Below are positions 47,202 to 56,990 of a stretch of DNA of 64,000 bases, in pieces. The translations under genes were made by a program, and so were the position numbers. Position 1 is the stretch's first letter; each line of letters opens with the position of its first letter. The stretch is from a virus. The notes below the pieces were generated by a model. That model was not told where the DNA came from. It saw nothing but the letters and a program-made list of their open reading frames with translations, and made no database searches. The stretch covers positions 15,542-79,541 of the IMG/VR virus record IMGVR_UViG_3300031603_000003; one strand, 5' to 3'.

Positions 47202-47831
47202 TTATGTAGTTAAAGCCTTCCACCAGGTTACACCTGTTGCCACGAATGTCAACTGTGATTCCTGGGTTGCATCGTCTACAGATACTCCAGTACCTTCAGA
47301 AATGAGGATGACATTATGAATCGTCATGTACATTCCATGTCCAAAGGAGTTGCGAGCCACTAATGTGATCTCGAATGGAGGTAATTCATCTGCGTATTCT
47401 GGACGTTTCGTAGACTGGTTACCTAACTGTTCGAACTGTATAGCTAGATCCGAGGTGGCAGTAGCATTTTCTAACTGCTCATCTGTTAGGTTAGATGCAT
47501 TTAGTACAGCTGACCTGTCGGTGCCTAGATCATTGTGCTTTTTATCATGAATCCAGGCTTCTTCAGTCAAGATATGCCCAAGAGCGTGTCTATCGAAAGT
47601 GTTAAGGATGATTGAACCAGCAATACCACGTTTACCGCGGCTGAAAGATACAGCATCTTCATTACCCATCACGAAGATGGGACGAACCTCACGGTTCACT
47701 GAGACGCTTAATCCCTGCAGGTTACCAACTTCAACATTACCGAAAGCAGCTTTAATATCAGAACCGGCAAAAGTTGTGTAGGATGCTACGGCACCTTTTG
47801 CTGGGTCACTTGTGATGTCAAAATTACTCAT
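47202..47831 (-). CDS. Major tail tube protein (209 aa)
   Basis: Directly after the sheath; FAGSDI, LSVSVNREVRPI, FSRGKRGIAGSII, YADELPPFEITL. Confidence 0.88.
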   Translation of the reverse strand: MSNFDITSDPAKGAVASYTTFAGSDIKAAFGNVEVGNLQGLSVSVNREVRPIFVMGNEDAVSFSRGKRGIAGSIILNTFDRHALGHILTEEAWIHDKKHNDLGTDRSAVLNASNLTDEQLENATATSDLAIQFEQLGNQSTKRPEYADELPPFEITLVARNSFGHGMYMTIHNVILISEGTGVSVDDATQESQLTFVATGVTWWKALTT

Positions 47832-47841
47832 TGTTGTTCAA

Positions 47842-47936
47842 CCTTATTATAAGGGACATTGCCCGGTTTCCCGGGCTTGTCCATATCTAATAGCTCAGGG
47901 GCTGTATTCAATTTGTCAATCCTTACCATTATGGTA
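47842..47936 (-). promoter_or_regulatory. Structured sheath-tube spacer (three hairpins, two YATAAY motifs)
   Basis: Minus strand TACCA-TAA-TGGTA, GGACA-A-GCCCGG-GAAA-CCGGGC-AA-TGTCC, and CCTTA-TAA-TAAGG. Confidence 0.5.
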
Positions 47937-47940
47937 TGTC

Positions 47941-50808
47941 TTAGACAAAGTCGGCTTCAGCGGCGCGCAATGTTGTAGTAACATTAAACGCACGTACTTC
48001 GCCGGCAGGTGCAACCTGCAGCTGAACATCAATTGCTTTCATTGCTTTGGCTAGAGGATCCACATTGATAGCTAGGCGGAAAGCCGTTACTTCGTTAGGG
48101 ACCATTAAGTCATAGGCACTTCTTAGCGCATTGTCTAGTGCGGTGATTGCTAAGCGATCTGGGGATTTACCCAGGTAACTACGCCCAATAGCTGCAGCAC
48201 TGTGGAGCATCTTCTCGACCATCCAGAATGTACTGATTAACTGGTAATCAGACGACTCTGCGGCGAGTAAGAGTCCGTCGGATAGACGGATTCCACCGGC
48301 TTCAGCGATACCAACATTGATGCGAGCATCAGATAAGGCATCTACTTGGCTGGTACCTGCAGATGTACGTTCCGTGAAGGCCCCGCGTAATCTACGAGCA
48401 TTGCTCAAGTACTTGGTGTATACAGCTTCTGAAGAGTCAGAGGCTGCTAGCAAACCAGCAATTCCAGCTCCGGCTTGCGCGTAGTACGCTATACCGTCAC
48501 TTGCGAACTGAACTTCCATGTCCACTAACGCTAGATGCAGATCGCCGATGGCGCTGATCTTGTTAGAGGCACGGGTTGAATTCAGTGCGGAGACAACTGC
48601 TAATTCGTCAAAACGAGCATTAACATCAGCACGACTGATATTGCCATTGTTCCCAGTACCTACTATAGGCGATGGAGACATGATAGCCATGGCGTGACCG
48701 CCATACTGATCGCTTAAGAATGAACTTAAGACATCAGAGTATCCAGCATTGGTGATAAACTCTTCACCAGTGGTTTCATCGTACGTAGTCATTACTGTAT
48801 CGATGTAGAACTTAGGAACATTCACGACAGCGAAGTCCAGGTTCTCTACTTCATTAAGAGCCTTGGCTACTTCGCGTTTGAAATAGATCGGACTGTTCAC
48901 GACACCGAGACCAGCAGAACCGCCGGCGAGGGCAGTTATTGTGTCTGCGAATGCATCAGGAACATAATCGAATTCAAAACCGAAATAGATCTCACCAGAT
49001 AATGCTCCAGAATTATAACCAGGACGTGCACCCATTAGAGTGATTGTACCAACGTCATTCAAGAACATGGCATCTGCTTCGTCATAGTCTATACGACTCA
49101 GGTGTCGTACGAAACGACGGCGAGAAGATAGAGCACCAAAGATCAGTTTATTGTTGATGAAACGATAGTCAGTGCTAGCTGCTAATACAACACCAGTTGC
49201 GACTTCATTCAAGGAGCCGGCTAGTGAAATACCAGTTAACTTTACACTTGTTACCAGACCTGACAGTCCACCATCCACGGTGAGCTCTATTGTAGCAATC
49301 CCATTAGCCCATCCAGTCCATTCGAATTCAGCTAATGCTACGGTTTCACTAGCACCGGTTGAAAGGATATAAACTGCCTTCATTGATACGTCGAACTCCG
49401 AGGGGAGTACGGGCAGCAAGTCAGCTGAAGCTGGATCACCTGTTAGACTGTGAGCATCTTTAACGGCAGCCGCATACAGGACGAATCCTGCATCAGTGTC
49501 GTTAGAAACTGGCAGTCCGAGGGGAGCTGGTATAGTTACCGTGATTGCTGCGCTTACACTATCGTCGAATGTGGTTACTTCTTCGGCATCGAATGCTTCA
49601 AAAGTTTGTCCACTCACAGCAGGAGCTACATCATTCGCAGCTACCTTAGCCATACGTGCTAGACCGAAATCAAGCGTAGCAGTTGGATTAACTCCAGCTA
49701 CTTCGTCAGTCCAGGCAACGAGTGCTTCAACCTTGTCCGCATCAACAACACTTGTTACAGTAAGCTCAACACCATTTGATAGTTCAGGTGCCGTACCGGC
49801 GTCAGCTACCGCAGTAAGACCAGGAGTGAACTTGTCGCCAGCGACCATTCCATGGTTTGTGATTTCATACTCAGTATGTGTAGCAACAGCACCGGTACCC
49901 ACGGCGACGATTACTCGTTCGTTGTCTACGGGCTGTGTAACACCAAGTAAAGCATCAAAGCTAGCATGAGCTGTCTTATGTACGATACCAGTTGGAATCT
50001 CGTGTGTACGGGAGTTAGCTGGGATCTCAATGAAGTCAGAAGCGGTGATGGCATAAAGTTTATCGATGGAACTGACGGACTTTAGTGAACCACTGCTAAT
50101 CATGGAAGCTAGGTTTTGTGCCGCAACAACGGCACTGTTATCATAAATCAAGTTAGAGGCTTGCTCTTCTGGAGAACCGGTAAGATCAATTGTGACCTCT
50201 CCGTTGCTATCCACGGCATCGCCTGCACCAATGATAAGTTCGTAACGAGCTTTCTGGTAGTTAACCTCGGCCTGAATTACACCGCTAGAAATCGTATTAA
50301 GATTAATAGCATCGGCTAGTTCCGTTACGTCATTATATAAACTGGGATTTACACCAGTGAAGTCTATCTGAAATAGTGCCCATTGTTCTAAGATTGGATT
50401 GTAGATCTTGAACTGATCGGTCTTCGCTTGTACAAGTACATCGTTGTATTCGTTACCAGGGGCAACTGAGTACAGTGTAAGTGCTACGGTAGATCCACCG
50501 GATTCGAGTAATTCCAAGTTAGCTTTTGAGCTTAACTCTTCACCAATTCGAATACAGACGATATCAGGGGATTTCTCAGAGCCACTCTGCGCATCATACG
50601 CTTCGTCAAACGCTCTGACCAATGTTCCAACATTAGAGGCACCATACAAGGAACGTACATCGGTCTTAGAAGCTAAAACTGCAGCTTCTAGCATTGGTCC
50701 ACGACTAGATGTTCCAATCAGAATAATGCGACGGTTCTTGTCTGTTGCTTGACTCTCACGAGGCAGAGTGCCATCGTTAAGAGTGAAATTCATACGGGGT
50801 GTTGCCAT
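47941..50808 (-). CDS. Tail sheath protein with large inserted domains (955 aa)
   Basis: IILIGTSSRGP N-terminus; C-terminal QVDALSDARIN...SDYQLIST...YLGK...IDVQLQVAPAGEVRAFNV; GAGGAG RBS. Confidence 0.92.
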   Translation of the reverse strand: MATPRMNFTLNDGTLPRESQATDKNRRIILIGTSSRGPMLEAAVLASKTDVRSLYGASNVGTLVRAFDEAYDAQSGSEKSPDIVCIRIGEELSSKANLELLESGGSTVALTLYSVAPGNEYNDVLVQAKTDQFKIYNPILEQWALFQIDFTGVNPSLYNDVTELADAINLNTISSGVIQAEVNYQKARYELIIGAGDAVDSNGEVTIDLTGSPEEQASNLIYDNSAVVAAQNLASMISSGSLKSVSSIDKLYAITASDFIEIPANSRTHEIPTGIVHKTAHASFDALLGVTQPVDNERVIVAVGTGAVATHTEYEITNHGMVAGDKFTPGLTAVADAGTAPELSNGVELTVTSVVDADKVEALVAWTDEVAGVNPTATLDFGLARMAKVAANDVAPAVSGQTFEAFDAEEVTTFDDSVSAAITVTIPAPLGLPVSNDTDAGFVLYAAAVKDAHSLTGDPASADLLPVLPSEFDVSMKAVYILSTGASETVALAEFEWTGWANGIATIELTVDGGLSGLVTSVKLTGISLAGSLNEVATGVVLAASTDYRFINNKLIFGALSSRRRFVRHLSRIDYDEADAMFLNDVGTITLMGARPGYNSGALSGEIYFGFEFDYVPDAFADTITALAGGSAGLGVVNSPIYFKREVAKALNEVENLDFAVVNVPKFYIDTVMTTYDETTGEEFITNAGYSDVLSSFLSDQYGGHAMAIMSPSPIVGTGNNGNISRADVNARFDELAVVSALNSTRASNKISAIGDLHLALVDMEVQFASDGIAYYAQAGAGIAGLLAASDSSEAVYTKYLSNARRLRGAFTERTSAGTSQVDALSDARINVGIAEAGGIRLSDGLLLAAESSDYQLISTFWMVEKMLHSAAAIGRSYLGKSPDRLAITALDNALRSAYDLMVPNEVTAFRLAINVDPLAKAMKAIDVQLQVAPAGEVRAFNVTTTLRAAEADFV

Positions 50809-50820
50809 TGTACACTCCTC

Positions 50821-51477
50821 TTATGACAATTCATTAACCTGCTCGATGCTCACCTGGATGGATTGTATTTTATCCATGCGAACGGCAGTCTTCTCTTCAA
50901 ACTGTACGAAGTAAATTAAGCTACGTACATGAAGTTTACTATTTAGTTGTGAGATCTCCTTGTCTGTCTTTCTCTCGTGGAACCACTGTTTGGCAGCGCC
51001 TGCGGCGGGGCCATAGTATTCCATGAAATATTGACGAAACCAGTTAGCAGCATGTTCGGCATCAGCAGCTTTGGTTGCCCAAATATCGAACCTTATCCAT
51101 GCTTGTAGTGTTTGACCGTACACTTCATAAGTGACATCGTCAACCACTGTAGTAGTACGAAACCGTTTTGCAACTTCTCGTACACCGGATTCCGGATTCT
51201 TCGCTGGCTTGCCTCCTAGTTTAGCTGGACTCATACTTTCAAGAGTCCAGGTAATAACAGGTGCTGCGAGTTGAACTTGCTCGCCATTGATGATGTAATC
51301 AGGAAATGCTGGTTCGAGCAGGATGGGTGCATCCACTGGCGTGATTGTATGTAAAGCTCCGCGTAAAAACTCTATATACTCCACGAGCCCCGCACCTTGT
51401 GGGACAGGTTGTCCCTCATAGGTCAAAGTCGGGTACTGCGCTTCCCTATAGTCATCTGTGTAGATGGCTATTTTCAT
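50821..51477 (-). CDS. Tail terminator/completion protein (218 aa)
   Basis: Just upstream of the sheath; IRFDIWATKAADAEHAANWF pattern; start reassigned to MKIAIY (TGATG overlap). Confidence 0.65.
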   Translation of the reverse strand: MKIAIYTDDYREAQYPTLTYEGQPVPQGAGLVEYIEFLRGALHTITPVDAPILLEPAFPDYIINGEQVQLAAPVITWTLESMSPAKLGGKPAKNPESGVREVAKRFRTTTVVDDVTYEVYGQTLQAWIRFDIWATKAADAEHAANWFRQYFMEYYGPAAGAAKQWFHERKTDKEISQLNSKLHVRSLIYFVQFEEKTAVRMDKIQSIQVSIEQVNELS

Positions 51478-51944
51478 CAATAACTCCCTAGTTCCGGATC
51501 TACAATGCAAGCAAAATGGCTAACCATTCCATGCCCCGCACGTTTAGTATCGATCTCTACAATACGAAACGCCTCGACATGCGATGCTCGCAAAACCTCA
51601 TTGGGTGTAATTAAATGAGCCGGCTTGTTAGCCAGGGATACGTTAACTACCGTATCTCCACGCTTGGGCCGGATATTCAAATCTAAATAAAAGATGGACT
51701 GGTCGGTGATCAACCCCTTGGTACCGGTAATACCGGTAGCCTCTTGTCTAGCTAAGATAGGTTCGTCCGTGAACTTCCATCGTTCCGTCCGTGCCAATCC
51801 TTCACCAGTCAGTGCCTCTTGTGCTGCAGGTTCATTCAAGTGATATCTACGGTAGATGAACCACGTGCCATAGTCATGCTGGGCAGCCTTACTGAAGGCG
51901 TTCCTAATGGCTGGTCCACGTTGTTCTCTTAGTCCTAAAGACAT
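51477..51944 (-). CDS. Head closure/neck protein (155 aa)
   Basis: FYLDLNIRPKRGDTVV...FRIVEID beta-barrel pattern; neck position. Confidence 0.65.
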   Translation of the reverse strand: MSLGLREQRGPAIRNAFSKAAQHDYGTWFIYRRYHLNEPAAQEALTGEGLARTERWKFTDEPILARQEATGITGTKGLITDQSIFYLDLNIRPKRGDTVVNVSLANKPAHLITPNEVLRASHVEAFRIVEIDTKRAGHGMVSHFACIVDPELGSY

Positions 51945-53176
51945 TAGTTACCTCTTGGATCCCCGGGTAGGCGTCTACTCATATTAAATGGTCGTAGATC
52001 GTTCGCACTGCCCATGTACGCTTGTGCGCCGCGTTCCGCTATAACAGCGTAACCTGGATCACTAGCATCTAGGGGGATTGTACCTAAGTCTCCGCTTGCT
52101 ACTTTAGCAGCGTATAGGCGTACATACCCGTTGATATCTACAATTGCTTCTGGATCAATATCACGTAACTCGACACGTAGATCACCGATGGAGGTTTTCT
52201 TAGCGCCAGTGGATCTATTGTTACGTTGTATGTCTTTCATCAACTGTTGTAAAACTTTGTAACGTACGTATTCGGCAAGATAGAATGGAGTTGCCGATGG
52301 TACAGTGTTCGTACCTCCGGACCATACTGCCTTGGCCTGCATGCTTTGTTTGAATACATGTAGAGCTAATTCGTAATCTGAGAGATCTTGACTTGCTTGT
52401 CCATACTCTAATCGGATCTCTTCCACTGTGGAGTAAAAGGGACTTAAAGCAGTCATGAACTCAACCTCGGGTATCAACTTATTAGTTGGATGATACACCT
52501 TGAACGAGTAGATCAAGTTTGCACTAAAGGCAATACTCGTGTCCGCCGGCTGTATAGTTGCAACGTGTCCAGTGATAGCTATCGTAGCATTAGCCGACCA
52601 GGGATCAGCACCGTCCAACGGATAACCCATTGGATGTTTGGCCTCTACGGATATATTAGTCACATCGGGGATACCCTGATTGAACGTGAGCTGTACTTTA
52701 TTCCCGGTAACCATGATCGCGTCTGCAATAGGTTGGGAGAATAGAATAGAGAGTTCACTGCCCTGGTAGATATCTTCCGGTGCGGCATTATCTTCTGGGA
52801 GTGCTACTACAGCACCACCTGTGGTAAAGTTTAATATGAAATCGTGTAGTAGGTATTCACCATCGTCAGCCATCACACCTCTAGACCCACCCTTTACATA
52901 TAACCGATACTCGTGGTTCATGTACAGTTTGGATGTAGGTGTAATAACTACCTGTAATAAATCAAACGTCTCAACCTCTGCACCCTCAGCAAGGGCGAGT
53001 CTGAACTCTATACTAGCATCAACTGGAATCAATTGTTCCTTGCGTACGAGGTTAAAGACTATGTCTGTTAGGGAGGTCATATCCAATGCCTTGTTAAAGG
53101 TAACATAGATAGGACTGGTAACAGCCAAGTCACGTTGGTTATCAGTAGGTGAACTATTTAGTACTACAAGTGCCAT
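51944..53176 (-). CDS. Ig-like-domain head-tail connector protein (410 aa)
   Basis: SSPTDNQRDLAVTSPIYVTFNKALD...ITPTSKLYMNHEYRLYV is Big_5-like; helical adaptor-like C-terminus (YSTVEEIR...KKTSIGDLRV). Confidence 0.7.
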   Translation of the reverse strand: MALVVLNSSPTDNQRDLAVTSPIYVTFNKALDMTSLTDIVFNLVRKEQLIPVDASIEFRLALAEGAEVETFDLLQVVITPTSKLYMNHEYRLYVKGGSRGVMADDGEYLLHDFILNFTTGGAVVALPEDNAAPEDIYQGSELSILFSQPIADAIMVTGNKVQLTFNQGIPDVTNISVEAKHPMGYPLDGADPWSANATIAITGHVATIQPADTSIAFSANLIYSFKVYHPTNKLIPEVEFMTALSPFYSTVEEIRLEYGQASQDLSDYELALHVFKQSMQAKAVWSGGTNTVPSATPFYLAEYVRYKVLQQLMKDIQRNNRSTGAKKTSIGDLRVELRDIDPEAIVDINGYVRLYAAKVASGDLGTIPLDASDPGYAVIAERGAQAYMGSANDLRPFNMSRRLPGDPRGN

Positions 53177-53177
53177 A

Positions 53178-53807
53178 TTAGTCTTCTGTTGTCATCACTG
53201 GTGAAATGGACATCGGTCCTTTATTAAAGGGTTTGAGCATTACTTGAATAAGATCGATGATCTTCGTACGGGCTCCTGCGTTAGCATTATAACCGTTACT
53301 TTCAATGTACTCTAGTTCTCTTAAGAATATGCCTTTGTCTTTCTCAGTCGGGCACTTAGCTACTTCGGCAGGTACCAATGCAACGAGTCTACGTTCATTG
53401 GGCTCCTGTAACAAGCGAAACGCTCTCTTGTCTCCGGTGTAGTCTGCTGTGCGTGCTGCGAGGCTCGGTGAGCGAGCTGGTAGTTGCCGTTTGCTCTCAC
53501 GTACTTTATCTAAGGCTGTCCATTCTAGACGGCCGGTGTGTTTCTTGGTGGTGCGAGGGACGCGCTTAGCTTTATCAGCTGCGAGTGCTGCGTACTCTCG
53601 TTTGAGCTTGGGGTCTTTCGCAATACCTAAAATGCCATGTACAATGGCTTTGTTTACTGCGACTAAATCTTCTTCGGAAATACTCTTAAGAGGAGTATAG
53701 TACTCATCCTCTGCTCCGATTGCAGTGAGAGCTACGTCTCCGAACTTCCACTGGTTGCCTTTTAAAAGGACTACTTGTTCTGCTTTTGCCATAATAACTA
53801 CTCCCAT
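53178..53807 (-). CDS. Hypothetical post-capsid protein, basic (209 aa; may start at MAKAEQ)
   Basis: ORF fills the space between capsid and neck genes; no motif recognised. Confidence 0.6.
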   Translation of the reverse strand: MGVVIMAKAEQVVLLKGNQWKFGDVALTAIGAEDEYYTPLKSISEEDLVAVNKAIVHGILGIAKDPKLKREYAALAADKAKRVPRTTKKHTGRLEWTALDKVRESKRQLPARSPSLAARTADYTGDKRAFRLLQEPNERRLVALVPAEVAKCPTEKDKGIFLRELEYIESNGYNANAGARTKIIDLIQVMLKPFNKGPMSISPVMTTED

Positions 53808-53817
53808 GTAGTTGTAT

Positions 53818-53848
53818 AAGTATGGGCGGCCCGCAGACCGCCCTACTC
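53818..53848 (-). terminator. GC-rich hairpin after major capsid gene (possible weak terminator)
   Basis: GGGCGGTC-TGCG-GGCCGCCC on the minus strand, followed by ATACTTAT (poor U-tract). Confidence 0.5.
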
Positions 53849-53869
53849 ATTATGTTACCCTATACTAGC

Positions 53870-55225
53870 TTACGCTGTGATAGGTTTTGCTACGGTTGGA
53901 TCAAGAGAACTCAGTGTTTGACTATTTACATTGTCAAAGATGTAGTTCTTGTCAACTGTAATGTTGCGTGCGACAGCAACGCCCTTGCCTTGCTCGAACA
54001 GAGCTAAGCCCCAACGTTCCTTCATCTTCATCGCCATGATGTCACGTTCTGGATCGTCCCATGAATCAATTGAGACACCTTCTTTTGTAAGAAGTAAACC
54101 GGAACGAGTACTGTCAGCCATAACCAGATTGGTTAATGGTTTTGTAGTACCGTCGGCAGGTGTGTACCCAACGTATGGGGAAACGATAACCTTCAGTGGT
54201 GTAGGTAGATACTTAGGCTGGATCTCCCAGCTAGCACCGATTGGATTCAGAGTAGTAACCCATGGGTTTTGTCCAGAGACCTTCGTAGGATCATCTAGGC
54301 CGACACCGGTGTTACCATAACGAAGTCCAAGACCACCATGAGCTGTGCCGCGGTTAGCGCCAGAGCCAGAAGGTAGACGCTTGGTAGCAAGAGTAGCACC
54401 CTTTAGGATGATCTCCCGTACTTCTGCATCACTCATGAACATACGCCATGACAGCGGATTCATGATCAGTGTATCAGGAACGAAACCGCGCATGTACAGC
54501 CATGTGTACATCTCGAAGATGTCATCAGCTGACATTGTGCCATTTTCAACACCATCAATACCACGACCGGATGTGGAACCCAGTTGTGCAGCATCTACAT
54601 GTGTAGCACCAGCGACGTTATCAAAAGCGGTATAACCGAATTCGTTAATTAACTGGATAGCGGCAGTTTCTTTGTGGCGAGCCATTGCCTTACCGGCCAT
54701 ACGAAGCCATAGACCGAAAACATCAAACAAGTTGTCTTCGATAACTTCTTCAGTAACACGAATCTTAAGACCATGTTTACTGATGCCGACTGCGATCATG
54801 TCGCCTTCTCCATAGTTCCAGTCACTCTCTGGGTATTCGCCACCTTCAGCAACTTCACCAGCATGAAAGGCTCCTACGGATCCAATTTCAATCTGACGGC
54901 CGGGGCCATCGTAGCGTACTTCTTGAAATAGGTTATCAAGCACCATTAGTTCAGGCTCAATAGCTTCCTGAACGATCTTCGTGATCGATGTACCGATCAT
55001 ACGTGTAAGATCATTGGAGTTGATCATATCTTTGGCGTCAAATTCGCCGTCTTTATCTTTATCTCCAGCCAAGATTGTATCTAAATTAAAGAGGTCCTTG
55101 AACCCAAATTCAGCTACTACCTTGTCTACACCGGGCAATCCAACAATACCATTATTGGTCATTGCATCATAGACTAGTTGACTATGGCCTTGAGACTTTG
55201 CGCTTAAATCAGTCAGAATTTCCAT
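53870..55225 (-). CDS. Major capsid protein, HK97-type fold (451 aa)
   Basis: EVAEGGEYPE, KHGLKIRVTEEVIED, DTLIMNP and KMKERWG motifs; AAGGAG RBS; position after protease, scaffold and decoration genes. Confidence 0.92.
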   Translation of the reverse strand: MEILTDLSAKSQGHSQLVYDAMTNNGIVGLPGVDKVVAEFGFKDLFNLDTILAGDKDKDGEFDAKDMINSNDLTRMIGTSITKIVQEAIEPELMVLDNLFQEVRYDGPGRQIEIGSVGAFHAGEVAEGGEYPESDWNYGEGDMIAVGISKHGLKIRVTEEVIEDNLFDVFGLWLRMAGKAMARHKETAAIQLINEFGYTAFDNVAGATHVDAAQLGSTSGRGIDGVENGTMSADDIFEMYTWLYMRGFVPDTLIMNPLSWRMFMSDAEVREIILKGATLATKRLPSGSGANRGTAHGGLGLRYGNTGVGLDDPTKVSGQNPWVTTLNPIGASWEIQPKYLPTPLKVIVSPYVGYTPADGTTKPLTNLVMADSTRSGLLLTKEGVSIDSWDDPERDIMAMKMKERWGLALFEQGKGVAVARNITVDKNYIFDNVNSQTLSSLDPTVAKPITA

Positions 55226-55282
55226 TCTGCTTTCTCCTTGTTTCGCGGATTACGAGGAATCTCTCAATGGAGTTTTTGTATA

Positions 55283-55310
55283 GTGGCGGTTAGAACCATC
55301 TAGCCGCCAC
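55283..55310. promoter_or_regulatory. 12-bp hairpin in the capsid-gene leader
   Basis: GTGGCGGTTAGA-ACCA-TCTAGCCGCCAC (one wobble/mismatch); no downstream U-tract on either strand. Confidence 0.5.
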
Positions 55311-55328
55311 CACACTTCGCAAGTTAGA

Positions 55329-56936
55329 TTATCTTACAGAGAGTTGAATCAGTGCCATTCCCATAGCTCCTGCTTCAACAAACTCTCTAATCTTCTTGGC
55401 TGGATCAACAGCATCTACGCCCGTGGGCCATACATAACCAGCACCGTTTAGCATGTGGTATGCAAAGTAAAATAGATGTTCTGATAAACCTTCAGTCGCG
55501 GCACCAGCAACACGAGCCGTAGGTACGGCCTCGAAGCGCTGAGCTTCAACTGTTTCTAGTAAGTCTTTCGGAAAGCGAGCATCTAAGCCGAGGATACGAC
55601 CAGCTGTCTGCGCTGTACGATAGTTACTAGCATATGTTGTGTACTCTGGAACATAGTTACCATAAGCATCAGACTTAACGAAAGTACCTGACTTACCATG
55701 AGCAGCAAACGAGCTGTCGATGGTTAAGAATGTAAAGTACATTTCAGCCTGCAAGTAACCAGCACCGGATGTGGCACTGATAGCGCCAGATACGAATGTA
55801 GCTGCTGATCCAACTTCATCGTCGTACGCCGCGGCAACTGTGAAGTTGTCAGCATCGATGATAGAAACTATGGTCAGTTCTGTGTTATAGTTAGCTGCGC
55901 CTGTTCCGGTTACTCCAGCAAGAGTTACAAGATCAGCAGCAGAGAAACCATGAGCAACGATATTGATGTTAGCTAAGGAACGATCTGACATTGTTGCGGC
56001 AGAACCGTCTTCAGAGTTGTAAGCTACAGCTACAGTTAAAGCATCTGTACCTATAAGTGCAGTAACAGTAAGTTCAACATCGTTAAAGTTAGCAGGTGTA
56101 CCTGCAGTAACTCCATTCAGGTAGAATGTATCAGATACTTCCAGTCCGTGATCAGCATCAAAGCTAATGTCACTAGTAGTATTTGCAGTTACAACACCGT
56201 CGACGATTGCAACAACAGTACCTGTGATAAGAGAAGCATCAGCGATAGATACAACTGCACCAGCTTCGCTATGAGTGAAACCCTTTGGAAGGAACTTGTC
56301 AATCTCAAGACCGGACATCGATGCTACCAATTCGCTATCAACGAAAGGCATCTGCACTGTGTTCTGTGCTACGATTGCATAGTTCTTGTGAGTATCATAG
56401 TTAAGGTATGCGCCACGGATATCCTGGTAGATGTCCATGAACACTGCACCGATTGGAGAGTTAGCTCCAAAGTCAATGCTACCACTGGCTGAAGCTAAGA
56501 TGTCGCCTGAGCTAGCAGGGACTTCCGCGAGTACATCGTTAGCACTATAAGGCTGTGCACTGTAAGTGGCGTCTCCACCATTTGCAGGAACTAACAGTCC
56601 GATTGTGTTCTTACTGACACCAGCATAACTGGCATCGGGGCTGACCTTTAATGCAACTCCATCGTTATCGAATGCGCCTGTGAATACATCAGCAGCACTG
56701 TTAAGGATGGTTTGTGCAGAAACTAATCTACCCTTAGGAATTACAATCCACTGTTCCGTGGTTTTATCCTTGAACTTCACGGGTAGTGAACGGTGAGGGA
56801 TAAGCACGATTGGTGGACGTTGGCCGTCTGAAATGTCAAATTGCGGACGGAGAGGGGATTCTAGATACTTCTCTGGAACCCGTTTGCTGGGACGCTTGTA
56901 GGCGATCCCGGAATTGAAATTAAGTCTATCAGTCAC
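55329..56936 (-). CDS. Capsid decoration/minor head protein with two tandem inserted modules (535 aa)
   Basis: Between scaffold and capsid genes; WIVIPKGRLVS, GTFVKSDAYGNYV and AGRIL patterns; GTG start with AGGAG. Confidence 0.7.
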   Translation of the reverse strand: MTDRLNFNSGIAYKRPSKRVPEKYLESPLRPQFDISDGQRPPIVLIPHRSLPVKFKDKTTEQWIVIPKGRLVSAQTILNSAADVFTGAFDNDGVALKVSPDASYAGVSKNTIGLLVPANGGDATYSAQPYSANDVLAEVPASSGDILASASGSIDFGANSPIGAVFMDIYQDIRGAYLNYDTHKNYAIVAQNTVQMPFVDSELVASMSGLEIDKFLPKGFTHSEAGAVVSIADASLITGTVVAIVDGVVTANTTSDISFDADHGLEVSDTFYLNGVTAGTPANFNDVELTVTALIGTDALTVAVAYNSEDGSAATMSDRSLANINIVAHGFSAADLVTLAGVTGTGAANYNTELTIVSIIDADNFTVAAAYDDEVGSAATFVSGAISATSGAGYLQAEMYFTFLTIDSSFAAHGKSGTFVKSDAYGNYVPEYTTYASNYRTAQTAGRILGLDARFPKDLLETVEAQRFEAVPTARVAGAATEGLSEHLFYFAYHMLNGAGYVWPTGVDAVDPAKKIREFVEAGAMGMALIQLSVR

Positions 56937-56947
56937 GTTGATTCTCC

Positions 56948-56964
56948 TATTGTATTATACAATA
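56948..56964 (-). promoter_or_regulatory. Palindrome containing TATAAT abutting the RBS
   Basis: TATTGTA-TAA-TACAATA directly followed by GGAG. Confidence 0.5.
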
Positions 56965-56990
56965 ATTAAACGTGTTGGTCTCAAAGGACG

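Noticed and set aside
47891-47919. Perfect TTGACA as a sigma70 -35 box
   Set aside because: The hexamer 17 nt downstream is GAGCTA; no properly spaced -10.
55798-56200. Diversity-generating retroelement TR/VR pair suggested by repeats in the decoration protein
   Set aside because: The repeats are diverged protein-level duplicates without adenine-specific differences, and no reverse transcriptase is present in the window.
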